A stretch of 64,000 nt of DNA from an uncultured bacterium. Lineage in GTDB: Bacteria > Patescibacteriota > Minisyncoccia > UBA6257 > GWB1-50-10. Of this stretch, positions 19,184 through 29,352 are shown piece by piece (the stretch's first letter is position 1; each line of letters opens with the position of its first letter). Made by a program: the position numbers and the translations under genes. The notes under the pieces are model-generated. The model ran no database searches. It was not told where the DNA came from and worked only from the letters and a program-made list of their open reading frames with translations. The stretch is taken from the NCBI GenBank assembly GCA_963768835.1, contig CAVYJB010000002.1, forward strand, positions 136,230-200,229, given 5' to 3'.

Positions 19184-20770
19184 ATGCGAGATCGAATCAG
19201 CGCGGTACTCAAAAAACTAGTCCCAGAGGACTTGGTTATCGCGGTCTCGGCGCCTGAAAAAGCGGGACAGGGCGATTATGCGACGAACGTTGCCTTTGAG
19301 CTTGGGAAGCTGCGCGGGAAACCGCCGATGGCAGTCGCCCAAGAACTCGCTGCGGGAGCATTCGAGGCAGCGCCCGACTTTCTCCTCAGGGTAGAAGCTT
19401 CGAAGCCCGGCTTCGTGAACTTCTGGATCAAGCCAGAAGTGTTGAAAGCCGAGCTTGGAAACATTCTCAAGGCGGGCAAGATGTACGGGGTCTCACAAAC
19501 CGCGGTGCCTCAAAAAGTGCAGGTAGAATTCATCTCTGCTAACCCCACGGGGCCTCTCACGCTCGCGAACGGAAGAGGGGGGTTTTTGGGGGACGTCATC
19601 GCGAATGTTCTTGAAGCGGTCGGCCATGTGGTGGAACGTGAATATTACGTGAACGATACCGGGAACCAGATCGCGACGCTCGGGAAATCCCTTCTCGCTG
19701 CGCGGGGGTTCATCCCGGATGAGGAGACGTTCTATAAAGGAAACTACATCAAGGTTTGGGCGGACGCGCACGCAAAAATTGTTGAAAAACACCAGGGCGA
19801 TCCTCAGGAGCTGGGAAGTGTCGCTGCGAAAGATTTTCTCGAGGCCATCAAGGGCGTTGTGGAGGGTAAGGCGGACATTCTCTTCAGTCGCTATACATCT
19901 GAGCGGGATGATATTCGCGCAAAAAGATACCCCGAGAAAGCCCTTGCACTTTTCCGGTCTAAGAAAGTGGTGTACGAGAAAGACGGCGCCACGTGGCTCC
20001 GTACGACAGAGTTCGGTGACGACAAGGACCGAGTGCTCCTCACGAGCGCGGGCGGACCCACGTACCTATTGGCGGATGCTGGGCACTACCTTGAGACGGT
20101 GGAGCGTGGGTTCGACCGGAAAGTGAACATTTTAGGGCCCGACCACTATGGCTACGTAGCGCGTATCCAGGCGGCTGCGAAGCTGGTAGGGCTTAAGGAT
20201 TCCACGGTTCTCATCACCCAGGCGGTGCGCCTAATGGAAGGCAATACCGAGGTCAAGATGTCGAAACGACGGGGGACGTTCGTGACTTTTGACGAGCTCG
20301 TGGAGGAAACAGGCCCCGACGCCGCGCGGTTCTTTTTTCTCATGATAGCGCCAGAATCGCACCTCGATTTCGATCTTGCGCTTGCCAAGGAGCGTTCGGT
20401 GAAGAATCCAGTCTACTACGTGCAGTATGGGTTTGTACGAGCCACAAATATCATTGAAAAGGCAGGCGGTCCCTCTGCCGGACACCCCGACCTCTCAAGC
20501 CTATCGACACCGGAAGATTTGAGGCTCATCCGGAAGATGGTGCAGTTCCCAGAGGTCCTTCAAGACATCGCGGCCGACTATCGCGTGCACCGCCTCACGC
20601 GATACGCGACGGAGCTTGCGAGCGCTTTCCATGACTGGTACGAGAAGGAACGGGTGGTAGGGGAGGAGCACTCTATAGCGCAAGCTCGCCTCGCGCTGGT
20701 TTCTGGAACCAAAGTCGTTTTTGGGAACCTTCTCCGTACGCTCGGTATCCACGCCCCGGAGAAGATGTAG
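19184..20770 (+). CDS. argS: arginine--tRNA ligase
   Basis: Class I aaRS; ISANPTGPLTLANGRGG HIGH-region, DALR anticodon-binding C-terminus, typical ArgRS N-terminal Add-1 domain. Confidence 0.9.
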   Translation: MRDRISAVLKKLVPEDLVIAVSAPEKAGQGDYATNVAFELGKLRGKPPMAVAQELAAGAFEAAPDFLLRVEASKPGFVNFWIKPEVLKAELGNILKAGKMYGVSQTAVPQKVQVEFISANPTGPLTLANGRGGFLGDVIANVLEAVGHVVEREYYVNDTGNQIATLGKSLLAARGFIPDEETFYKGNYIKVWADAHAKIVEKHQGDPQELGSVAAKDFLEAIKGVVEGKADILFSRYTSERDDIRAKRYPEKALALFRSKKVVYEKDGATWLRTTEFGDDKDRVLLTSAGGPTYLLADAGHYLETVERGFDRKVNILGPDHYGYVARIQAAAKLVGLKDSTVLITQAVRLMEGNTEVKMSKRRGTFVTFDELVEETGPDAARFFFLMIAPESHLDFDLALAKERSVKNPVYYVQYGFVRATNIIEKAGGPSAGHPDLSSLSTPEDLRLIRKMVQFPEVLQDIAADYRVHRLTRYATELASAFHDWYEKERVVGEEHSIAQARLALVSGTKVVFGNLLRTLGIHAPEKM

Positions 20771-20819
20771 GTATAAAAAGTTTATCCCGAGGCACAGAAG
20801 CGTGCCTCGGGATGATGAT

Positions 20820-21170
20820 TCAGTAGAAATCCCACGGATTTACCTCGATTGGTTCCACCCGATCCGATTGGACCGTGCGAGTGATGCCGTGGGTGACCCG
20901 ACCCGTGGATATTTCTCGGGCATCAAACGTTACCACGGCTGTATATGGTTGGCTGGCGGACAACCATGACTGGTCGAGCACTCTTGCTTGGAACTCGAAT
21001 GTATATGAGTCTCCGGGATTTTCGCGGCCGATCTCCGTTCCGTTCGCATCGCACGCGATATCCAATGTATCGTGGGTGATGAAATTCGCCTTGAATGTCG
21101 CTTCACGATCGCATCCAGCGAGCAGCAGCAGGGCTAAGCCAGCAAGTGGCAGCAACAACGAGTGTCGCAT
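20820..21170 (-). CDS. small lipoprotein, hypothetical
   Basis: Signal peptide with lipobox LLLAGC. Confidence 0.5.
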   Translation of the reverse strand: MRHSLLLPLAGLALLLLAGCDREATFKANFITHDTLDIACDANGTEIGRENPGDSYTFEFQARVLDQSWLSASQPYTAVVTFDAREISTGRVTHGITRTVQSDRVEPIEVNPWDFY

Positions 21171-21270
21171 GATTCTCTCCTCTAATTGTTGGGAATGCTG
21201 TTTTAATATTACTATAAATATAGTATTTTGTCAATAGTTTGTGAGAATGGAGAAAAAGCTCCGTTTTTCT

Positions 21271-21305
21271 TTGCGAAAACACCGCGGTTTAGTTAGAATA
21301 GAAGC
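21271..21305 (+). promoter_or_regulatory. sigma70-like promoter upstream of ileS (TTGCGA-17-TAGAAT)
   Basis: Hexamers with 17-nt spacer ~10 nt upstream of ileS ATG; leader too short for a T-box. Confidence 0.4.
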
Positions 21306-21314
21306 ACTTTCAAC

Positions 21315-24300
21315 ATGCTCAAGAAATTCGAGGAATTCTCGCTTCCTAAGCTAGAACAGAAGGTTTTGGAGTTCTGGGATACCAACCAGATATTCCAAAA
21401 ATCCCTTAAAAATCGGGCGAAACGGAAGAAGTTTGTTTTCTATGAAGGGCCCCCGACGGCGAACGGCCGGCCGGGCATCCACCATATCCTCGCGCGGGCC
21501 TTTAAAGATGTCATTCCGCGGTACCGAACAATGGCTGGCGCCTACGTTCCGCGCCGAGGAGGTTGGGACACCCATGGGCTTCCCGTGGAACTTGAGGTAG
21601 AAAAGAAACTGGGGCTCACCTCAAAACGGGACATCGAGCGTTATGGCATCGAAAAGTTTAATGCGAAGTGTCGTGAATCGGTCTGGCAGTACCGCACCGA
21701 ATGGGAGAGCCTGACGCGGCGGATCGGGTTCTGGCTCGATATGCGGGATCCTTATATCACGTACGAGAATTCCTACGTCGAATCGCTCTGGGCTATTCTC
21801 AAGGAGATTGCGAAAAAGAAACTTCTCTATAAAGGCCACAAGGTGGTACCGTGGTGTCCGCGCTGCGGTACCACGCTTTCGTCCCATGAGCTCGCGCTCG
21901 GATATCGCGAGGTGGAGGAAACTTCAGTCTATCTTAAATTCAGGTTGAAGAAAGGGCAGAAGTTTGGTGGGGGGTTCACCACTGACGGTCGAACCTTCAT
22001 TCTTTCCTGGACCACGACCCCCTGGACCCTTCCCGGGAATGTTGCCTTAGCCATTGCGCCAAATGTAGAATACTCGCTCGTAGCGGTGGGAGACGGAGCC
22101 ACGCGGGAGACCTACATCCTCGCGACGCCGCGTCTTAGCATCCTTCCTGAGCCGCGCGAAATCCAGGGCACGGTCAAGGGGCGGGATCTCGTGGGTCTAG
22201 AATACGAGCCGCTTTTCGATATCAAGCCGCTCAATACCAAAACCTCCTATAAGGTATACCCCGCGAAGTTCGTGACAACTGTGGACGGTACGGGTGTGGT
22301 GCACACCGCCGTGATGTACGGAGAGGATGACTACAATCTCGGAAAAGAGGTTGGATTGCCGCAGGTTCATACCGTGGACCTCCAAGGACGCTTTCTCAAA
22401 GACGTTCCAGGGCTTGCGGGGCTTTACGCCAAAGATCATGGGACGGAAGGGAAAATACTCAAGGTTCTCCAGACAAACGGGAACCTTCTCCGGACCGAGC
22501 CCTATAAGCACGATTATCCTTTCTGTTGGCGGTGTTCTACGCCACTTCTCTACTACGCCCGGGATTCCTGGTTCATCGCCATGAGCCGGCTCCGGCCGGC
22601 GCTCCTGCGGGAAAATAAGAAGGTGAAGTGGGTTCCGGAATCCGTGAGAGACGGTCGGTTTGGAGAATGGCTTCGGGAAGTAAAGGATTGGGCTATTTCC
22701 CGCGAACGTTATTGGGGGACGCCGCTCCCTATCTGGCAATGCGAGAAGTGCGACCGGATTCATGTGGTAGGAAGCTACCAAGAACTTTCCGACCTTCAGG
22801 GCGGCCCAGCGAACCGCTACATCCTCATGCGTCATGGGGAGTCCATTTCGAATCTGAAAAATGAGATTAACGCACGGGCGAAAGACAAGAACGAGTTTGC
22901 GCTGACCTTACGCGGGCGGGTGGAAGCCGAGAAAGCCGCGAAGGCACTAAAGAAAGAAAAGATCGATCTCATTGTGGCGTCGGATTTCCGGAGAACCCGA
23001 GAGACGGCGGAGATCGTCGCGAAAGCCGTGGGCGCGTCGAAGGTTCTCCTCGACAAGCGGTTCCGCGAGATCAACACCGGCATTTTTGAGGGATGCCATG
23101 CGAAGGAGTATCGAGAATTCTTTTCTAGTTATCTTGAGGTGTTTACCAAGCGCCCACCGAAAGGGGAGGCGCTTCGGGACCTCGTCGCACGTTCTTTTGA
23201 GGGGCTTCAGGAGCTTGAAAAAAGGCACAAAGGGAAAACCATCCTCATCGTAAGCCACGAATATCCCATTTGGGCTCTCGAAACCGCGATGCGGGGGTGG
23301 AGCATGGAACAATCCATACGGGAGAAAGAAGCTCGCGGCGAGGACTTCATCGCGACTGCCGGTTGGCGCCCCGTTCCTGCACTCCGTCTCCCGCGAGGAG
23401 CTGAGCATTTTGCCGATCCCCACAAACCTTTCGTGGATAGCGTTGCATTTCCCTGTTCCTGTGGCGGGACGATGCGTCGGATTCCAGAAGTGGTAGATGT
23501 CTGGTTTGATTCAGGGGCCATGCCATTCGCCCAAAACCATTGGCCTTTCCAAAAGACCGCCATCGATTTCCCTGCAGATTATATCTCCGAGGCGGTGGAC
23601 CAGACACGCGGGTGGTTTTACACGCTTCTTGCCGAGGCCGTGGCGCTTGGGAAACCCGCACCTTTCCGGAACGTGATCTGTCTCGGCCTTATTATGGACA
23701 AGAACGGCCAGAAAATGTCGAAGTCCAAGGGTAATATCGTGGATCCGTGGGCGATGATAGAGAAGTACGGAGCCGACACGGTACGCTGGCATCTCTTTAC
23801 AGTGAACCCGCCCGGCGAGCCTAAAAAGTTTGACGAAGCTGACCTTGGAAAGACTCTCCGGCAGTTCATCCTGATGCTCTACAACTCCTTCGTCTTTTAC
23901 GAAACCTATGCGGTGAAACCCGGGAATCCCAGTCTTCCCCCGAAAACGAAGAACATTCTGGACCGATGGATTCTTGCCCGGCTTGTGGATACCACGGTTG
24001 CGGCGACCCGAGGCCTAGCATCCTATGACATCGGAGGGGCCGCTCGTGTACTCGAGCTTTTTGCCCAAGATCTTTCGCGCTGGTACATTCGCCGTTCGCG
24101 CCGCCGGCTCCAGAAACCCGAAAGCGCAGCGGACCAAGAGGCAGTTTCTCGGACCCTTGGATACGCACTCTTGAACCTCGCGGGTCTCCTCGCGCCCTTT
24201 ATGCCATTCTTTTCAGAAGCTCTATATCGATCAATTGTGAAGGAAGGAGGACGCCACACGCTGCCAGAATCTGTGCATCTCACCGACTGGCCGCGGGTGC

Positions 24301-24860
24301 CGAAAACCTTCGCAGATCCCAAGCTCCTCAAGGCAATGGAGGAGGTGCGGACCTTTGCGGGCCTTGGTCTCGCAAAACGGGCGGAGGTGGGCATTAAGGT
24401 TCGCCAGCCCCTCGGGATGTTCCGCATCAAAACCAAAGATCCCTACCTCCTTCATTCCAAGGAACTCCTGGATCTTCTGCGCGATGAGGTAAACGTCAAA
24501 GACGCGCATGTCGACAATGACATCCGTCGCCCCGTGGAGCTCGATATACGACTGAGCCAATCCCTCAAGGAGGAGGGGTATGTGCGGGAACTCGTTCGGA
24601 TGGTGCAGGATCTCCGGCAAGATGGGAAACTCGAGCCTAAGGACCGCGTGGTGGTACGCCTGGAAATCCCCAAAGAACTCCTCCGAGTTATCGAAACCCA
24701 CGAGGCTTTTCTCAAGACAGAAGTAAATGCCCGCTCCGTGGAGTATCGGCGCTCGCCTAAGTTCACAATCGAGCTCGAGACAAAACTTGACGCCTCGCCC
24801 CTCGCAAAGGATAAAGGTGAGGGATGGCCGGTCTGGATAGGTCTTCAGAAAGTTTCTTGA
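21315..24860 (+). CDS. ileS: isoleucine--tRNA ligase (type 2) with inserted histidine-phosphatase (PGAM-like) domain
   Basis: PPTANGRPGIHH (HIGH), KMSKSKGN, CP1 editing and Zn-ribbon CSCGGTMRR; residues encoded ~22797-23400 form LMRHGESISN…RRTRETAEI…IVSHEYPIWAL histidine phosphatase signature inserted between …IHVVGSYQELSDL and …DPHKPFVDSVAF. Confidence 0.85.
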   Translation: MLKKFEEFSLPKLEQKVLEFWDTNQIFQKSLKNRAKRKKFVFYEGPPTANGRPGIHHILARAFKDVIPRYRTMAGAYVPRRGGWDTHGLPVELEVEKKLGLTSKRDIERYGIEKFNAKCRESVWQYRTEWESLTRRIGFWLDMRDPYITYENSYVESLWAILKEIAKKKLLYKGHKVVPWCPRCGTTLSSHELALGYREVEETSVYLKFRLKKGQKFGGGFTTDGRTFILSWTTTPWTLPGNVALAIAPNVEYSLVAVGDGATRETYILATPRLSILPEPREIQGTVKGRDLVGLEYEPLFDIKPLNTKTSYKVYPAKFVTTVDGTGVVHTAVMYGEDDYNLGKEVGLPQVHTVDLQGRFLKDVPGLAGLYAKDHGTEGKILKVLQTNGNLLRTEPYKHDYPFCWRCSTPLLYYARDSWFIAMSRLRPALLRENKKVKWVPESVRDGRFGEWLREVKDWAISRERYWGTPLPIWQCEKCDRIHVVGSYQELSDLQGGPANRYILMRHGESISNLKNEINARAKDKNEFALTLRGRVEAEKAAKALKKEKIDLIVASDFRRTRETAEIVAKAVGASKVLLDKRFREINTGIFEGCHAKEYREFFSSYLEVFTKRPPKGEALRDLVARSFEGLQELEKRHKGKTILIVSHEYPIWALETAMRGWSMEQSIREKEARGEDFIATAGWRPVPALRLPRGAEHFADPHKPFVDSVAFPCSCGGTMRRIPEVVDVWFDSGAMPFAQNHWPFQKTAIDFPADYISEAVDQTRGWFYTLLAEAVALGKPAPFRNVICLGLIMDKNGQKMSKSKGNIVDPWAMIEKYGADTVRWHLFTVNPPGEPKKFDEADLGKTLRQFILMLYNSFVFYETYAVKPGNPSLPPKTKNILDRWILARLVDTTVAATRGLASYDIGGAARVLELFAQDLSRWYIRRSRRRLQKPESAADQEAVSRTLGYALLNLAGLLAPFMPFFSEALYRSIVKEGGRHTLPESVHLTDWPRVPKTFADPKLLKAMEEVRTFAGLGLAKRAEVGIKVRQPLGMFRIKTKDPYLLHSKELLDLLRDEVNVKDAHVDNDIRRPVELDIRLSQSLKEEGYVRELVRMVQDLRQDGKLEPKDRVVVRLEIPKELLRVIETHEAFLKTEVNARSVEYRRSPKFTIELETKLDASPLAKDKGEGWPVWIGLQKVS

Positions 24861-24958
24861 TCCTAAAACCCTCGCCCGGCGGGGGTTTTGACAGATAACC
24901 CTCGGTATAGTAAAAAACACTCAGTACCAGATTCGAAAACATCGGGAAGGAGCGCGAG

Positions 24959-25273
24959 ATGAAGAGGATCACCGAGGAGAGAGCCCGGGGCCTGAAGTTT
25001 AGAAACTTTGAGAAAGCCAATATTTTCTGTGTTGGCAGAGTTCTGCCAAAGCGTGGAGCGTCCTACTATGCGACATTCGCCTCGCCCAAAGATTTAGGAA
25101 GGGCGAAAAGGAAAAACCGCGGGATTGAAGTTATTGCCCAGTTCTCAACGCGGTTCTCGCCCAAAAACGACCTCGGCACATCTCAGGCGAGAGATAGGAG
25201 AATCGCCAAAGAAAAGAGCAAGGGGAAGGTGACATATCTTCCGCCAGGCGAAGGAGAAGGAACATTTATGTAA
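24959..25273 (+). CDS. small basic hypothetical protein
   Basis: Strong RBS GGAAGGAG 7 nt upstream of ATG; flanked by hairpin terminators; no homology recognized. Confidence 0.4.
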   Translation: MKRITEERARGLKFRNFEKANIFCVGRVLPKRGASYYATFASPKDLGRAKRKNRGIEVIAQFSTRFSPKNDLGTSQARDRRIAKEKSKGKVTYLPPGEGEGTFM

Positions 25274-25330
25274 CTCAGTGCACGCGCCCAGCAAAAAGCC
25301 GTTCGGCACACCACCGAACGGCTTTCTCTT

Positions 25331-26176
25331 TTAGTATGCAAATGTCCGGAGGTCCTCCTGCATCACGCTAAATGCTCTGTCGCGAACCCCCGTATCCTCA
25401 AGTTGTAATTTCTTGTCGTCGTAAATCTCTTCCACCATAAGTCGTGTGCGTTCGTATTCTTTAGCAAGCTCGAGCTTGTGTTCCTGCTGCGCGTAGGCCT
25501 CGAAAGCGGTAAGTTGCATAATAATTTCCTCAAGGATTTGGAACTGGATAGGATGCTTCCCCAGTTCCCGCTTGCTACCCTCCAACCACAGATTCGCGAG
25601 TTCGTTCACGGTGCGTCCATCGGCGCCGATGACGATACGGGGGACGTTATGGAGGGGCCCCGGGTCGGTGGTATCCGAAGCGAAATATTTTACCTCCGCC
25701 ATGCGTCCCTCGCGTATTTCCTGCTTGATACGATCGAATTTCTTCTCGATACTGCCGCTCATCGCGACATCGATAGCAAGCGCGAGGTGTGTGGTCGAGC
25801 GGTCCGGTTCTTCGAACTCTACGATGGTATCTACGCCGTTCTTGATGTCGTCGTATCGGGAGGATTTTATGGTCTGCGCTTCTGGCCCCGGCCACTCCGA
25901 GAGCTCGGCGTTCTCGTGGATGACCGCTTCGAAGATAGTTGAGAGTTTCCGCGTGTTTTCCTCTTCGGGAGCTATTCCTCGCTCAATGCTTACTTCGAGA
26001 TTGCGTACCTCCTCGGTGTCTAGATGTACAACCCCCTCGCCGTATCCCGGGACGTTACGAAACCGATCTAGTTTGATAGCATCCTTCGCAAGCCGAAGCC
26101 GAGCCTGCTTATAAGCCTGGTTGAGATCTATGGCTTCGAAGAGATTGTTATCCCCGATGCGCTCTGGATTCCACAT
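25331..26176 (-). CDS. hypothetical cytoplasmic protein, co-transcribed downstream of trpS
   Basis: 281-aa acidic protein; 4-nt gap after trpS stop. Confidence 0.5.
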   Translation of the reverse strand: MWNPERIGDNNLFEAIDLNQAYKQARLRLAKDAIKLDRFRNVPGYGEGVVHLDTEEVRNLEVSIERGIAPEEENTRKLSTIFEAVIHENAELSEWPGPEAQTIKSSRYDDIKNGVDTIVEFEEPDRSTTHLALAIDVAMSGSIEKKFDRIKQEIREGRMAEVKYFASDTTDPGPLHNVPRIVIGADGRTVNELANLWLEGSKRELGKHPIQFQILEEIIMQLTAFEAYAQQEHKLELAKEYERTRLMVEEIYDDKKLQLEDTGVRDRAFSVMQEDLRTFAY

Positions 26177-26179
26177 AAC

Positions 26180-27202
26180 CTACGCGAGGCCAATGCGCTT
26201 CTTCACCTCCTGGAGCTTTTTCGATGCCACCGCGTCCGCCTTTCGGTTGCCGGCCGCAAAGACCCTCTGGACCGCTGCGGGTTTCTGCGCGAACGCATGT
26301 TTCTTTTTCTGGAATGGCGCGAGGAACTTCACTGTCGCCTCCGCGAGATCTCTCTTGAACTCCCCATAGCCCCTTCCTTGATATTCTTTTTCCAGTGCTC
26401 CAACGGTTTTTCCGCTCACGCCGGCGTAGAGCATCAGGAGGTTTCCGATGGCGGGCTTGCCCTCAATATCCGCCCGTATCTCCTTGCCGGAGTCCGTGAC
26501 CGCTCTCATGATTTTCTTCCGAATAATCTCCGCCGCATCATCAAGGAAGAGGCAGCCCTCGGGTCGAGACTTCGACATTTTCTTCGTAGGTTCGTCTAGG
26601 CTCATTACGCGGGAGGTCTCCGTGAGAAGAGGTTCTGGTTCAATGAATACCTTGCCGAATTTCTTGTCGAATTTTCGGGCAAGTTCGCGTGTAAGTTCTA
26701 GGTGTTGGAGCTGGTCGTCTCCTACTGGCACCACTTTTGCATCGTAGAGAAGGATGTCTGCCGCCATAAGGACGGGGTAGGAGAAGAGACCAACATTTGC
26801 GCTCTCGGCTCCAGATTCCGATTTCTCCTTGAACTGCGTCATCCGGCGAAGCTCACCCATGGGAGTCAGAGTGTTTAAAATCCAAGCTAGGTCGGTATGC
26901 GCAGCAATTGCCGACTGTACGAAGAGCACCGACTTGGTTGAGCTAAGCCCTGCCGCGAGGAAATCCGCTTCCAGGGCGAAAATCTGTTTTCCCTTTTCGG
27001 CGGGCGCATAACTTTCCGTGAGGGAATGGTAGTCGGCGATGAAGAAATAGCACTGGTATTTCCCAGAATTCTGGAGCTTCACGAAATTTCCCAAAGCGCC
27101 CAAGTAATTTCCGATGTGAAGCTTTCCGCTCGGCTGGATGCCCGAGACGAGAACGGGTTTCATATCATCCAGTATAGTATTTTTTAAATCGTCTGGAAAC
27201 AA
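26180..27202 (-). CDS. trpS: tryptophan--tRNA ligase
   Basis: …PSGKLHIGNYLGAL… HIGH and KMSKS (KKMSKS) motifs, ~340 aa. Confidence 0.9.
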   Translation of the reverse strand: MFPDDLKNTILDDMKPVLVSGIQPSGKLHIGNYLGALGNFVKLQNSGKYQCYFFIADYHSLTESYAPAEKGKQIFALEADFLAAGLSSTKSVLFVQSAIAAHTDLAWILNTLTPMGELRRMTQFKEKSESGAESANVGLFSYPVLMAADILLYDAKVVPVGDDQLQHLELTRELARKFDKKFGKVFIEPEPLLTETSRVMSLDEPTKKMSKSRPEGCLFLDDAAEIIRKKIMRAVTDSGKEIRADIEGKPAIGNLLMLYAGVSGKTVGALEKEYQGRGYGEFKRDLAEATVKFLAPFQKKKHAFAQKPAAVQRVFAAGNRKADAVASKKLQEVKKRIGLA

Positions 27203-27233
27203 AAACTCCCGCCAAAAGCGGGAGTTTTTCCGT

Positions 27234-28991
27234 CTAGATCTCTATAATCACCGGGAGCACCATTGGCCGACGCTGTGTCTTGTTGTACAGGTATTGGCCG
27301 ATTTGGTCGCGGATAAGGCCCTTCACGTAGTCCGCGTCAGGAGACTGGTGATGTGGTATGCGCCCTAGGATGCCACGGATTTTCCGACGTATCTCGTCCA
27401 GGAGTCCTTGGTTTTCCTTGAGGTAGATGAATCCACGCGAGATAATATCGGGATTCTTCAGCACCTTCCCAGAGGCCCGATCCACCGTCGTGATGATGAC
27501 GAGCATGCCCTCTTGAGCCAGCGCCAGTCGGTCGCGGAGGACCACTTCGCCTACGTCGCCCACACCCAGACCATCTACCATCACGTAGTAAGCGGGTACT
27601 TGCTCATCCGTCACTCGTGCGGAGTCCTTCCGGAGCTCCACTACGAGGCCGTTGTCGGCGAGAAGCGTGCGCTCAGGCGGGAGCCCGAGAACCTCCTGCG
27701 CATGCTTGGTGTTCCGCTGCCGCATGAAGTAGTAGCCGTGGATGGGGAGAAAGAAGCGAGGGTGTATAAGCTTCATCACGGTCTTTAGTTCCTCCTGCGG
27801 GGCGTGACCAGAGGAGTGGATGTCGAGCATCTTGTAGTGGTAGATGGTCGCACCCTGCCGCGCAAGGTTATCCTTCAGGTTCTGGATGCTTCGCTCGTTC
27901 CCGGGGATGATCGAGGAAGAAAGGATAATGGTATCCGTGGGCTTTACCTTGATGTGTTTATGCTCGCCGTTTGCGACGCGCATAAGGGTTGCCTTCGCCT
28001 CACCCTGTGCGCCCGTGCAAAGAAGCATCAGCTTTTCGTCGCGGTACTTATGGATGTCCTCCAGCGGGATAATAGTGCCCTTCTCGTGCTTCATGTAGCC
28101 CAGCCGTTCGGCAATCTGGACATTGTTCTTCATTGAGAAGCCGGAAAGTGCCACCTTTCGGCCGAGTTTCTCAGCTATCTTAATGATCTCGTTCAGACGG
28201 TCGAGGAGTGAAGCGAAGGTGCCAACAATAATCCGGCCCTTGGCGGTACGGAAGAGCTTTTCAAGCTCCGCTTCCACAACACGTTCCGAGAGCGCATATC
28301 CTGGCGTTTCGGCGCCCGTCGAATCGAGCATGAGCGTGTGGATACCCTGCTTTCCGACGTTCTCCCACACCTCGAGGCCTCGCGGCTTTCCGTCGTGCCC
28401 GTAGTCGAACTTGAATTCGCCCGGGTGCACGACCTTCCCGATGGGCGTCGTGATAACCATCCCGAAGCCGTCCGGAATGTTGTGGATGACGTCAAAGAGC
28501 TCCACGGAGAAATGCTCCGAGATTTGGACTCGGTCCCCGCCCTTCACGATCTGGAAAATGGGCTTAGGGGAATTCGGAAAATCTTCCTGGCGTCGAAGGA
28601 CGATCTCTTTCGTGAGACGCGTGGTGTAGATCGGCGGGTTCCCGAGCTTCCCCAGGAGGTAGGGGATTGCGCCGATGTGGTCGTAGTGGCCGTGGGTGAT
28701 GAAGATCCCCTTGATGTTCTGCTTCTTGGCCTCGAGGTAAGCGACATTCGGGATAATGTAGTCGATGCCCGGCGTCTCTTCCTCGGGGAACTGGAGACCG
28801 ACATCGATGATGAAGATCTCGTTCTTGTACTCGAAGAACATCATGTTGCGTCCGATCTCCTCGAGACCGCCCAACGCAACCCAGCGCACCACGGGCTCGC
28901 CCGTGTCGCGCGTCTCGACCTTTACTGCTGCCGGTTTTAGGGGCTGCCGGCGCCCCATCTTTGACCTTGCGGTCATGGTTCGTGGAACCAT
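27234..28991 (-). CDS. rnj: ribonuclease J (beta-CASP metallo-beta-lactamase)
   Basis: ITHGHYDHIGAIPYLL MBL motif, beta-CASP region, ~585 aa RNase J architecture. Confidence 0.85.
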   Translation of the reverse strand: MVPRTMTARSKMGRRQPLKPAAVKVETRDTGEPVVRWVALGGLEEIGRNMMFFEYKNEIFIIDVGLQFPEEETPGIDYIIPNVAYLEAKKQNIKGIFITHGHYDHIGAIPYLLGKLGNPPIYTTRLTKEIVLRRQEDFPNSPKPIFQIVKGGDRVQISEHFSVELFDVIHNIPDGFGMVITTPIGKVVHPGEFKFDYGHDGKPRGLEVWENVGKQGIHTLMLDSTGAETPGYALSERVVEAELEKLFRTAKGRIIVGTFASLLDRLNEIIKIAEKLGRKVALSGFSMKNNVQIAERLGYMKHEKGTIIPLEDIHKYRDEKLMLLCTGAQGEAKATLMRVANGEHKHIKVKPTDTIILSSSIIPGNERSIQNLKDNLARQGATIYHYKMLDIHSSGHAPQEELKTVMKLIHPRFFLPIHGYYFMRQRNTKHAQEVLGLPPERTLLADNGLVVELRKDSARVTDEQVPAYYVMVDGLGVGDVGEVVLRDRLALAQEGMLVIITTVDRASGKVLKNPDIISRGFIYLKENQGLLDEIRRKIRGILGRIPHHQSPDADYVKGLIRDQIGQYLYNKTQRRPMVLPVIIEI

Positions 28992-29143
28992 ATAGGAAAA
29001 ATCAAATATCAGATATTAGGAACCGAGAGGCGTAAGTACGCGAAGCGTGATTAGTCCCTAGTTCCCGTTCTGCATTTGAATGTGCGGAGTCGATTCAATA
29101 CCGACCCCGTTTCGACTGTGTAAGAGTTCTTTCAAAACCCTTG

Positions 29144-29226
29144 TGGGCGAGAGAGGAGTTGAACCTCCACGACCTTGCGGTCACTAGGCCCTGAACCTAG
29201 CGCGTCTGCCGTTTCGCCACTCGCCC
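29144..29226 (-). tRNA. tRNA-Leu (anticodon CAG)
   Basis: Minus strand GGGCGAG…CTCGCCCA acceptor, anticodon stem CTAGG/CCTAG loop TTCAGGG, long variable arm, T-arm GGAGGTTCAACTCCTC. Confidence 0.8.
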
Positions 29227-29352
29227 ATCGTTTTTAATACGTCGGTTCTCGCACCAATCGACCATCACTTCTTGCAATATTCTTGATTACCTAACAGTAA
29301 ATTCCTTAGTGTCTTGCTGTATGTTCGATTGGTGCGGGAACCCCACCTCCTT

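Noticed and set aside
19134-21314. T-box leaders upstream of argS, ileS and trpS
   Set aside because: The leaders are only about 30-145 nt. They are too short and lack a specifier or T-box sequence.
22197-24920. Long minus-strand ORFs (212, 229, 158 aa) inside ileS
   Set aside because: They are antisense to a high-confidence aaRS gene. They have no RBS or motifs and show GC-rich frame artefacts.
28338-28940. 200-aa plus-strand ORF inside the RNase J gene
   Set aside because: It is antisense to rnj and has low-complexity Asp/Leu-rich composition.
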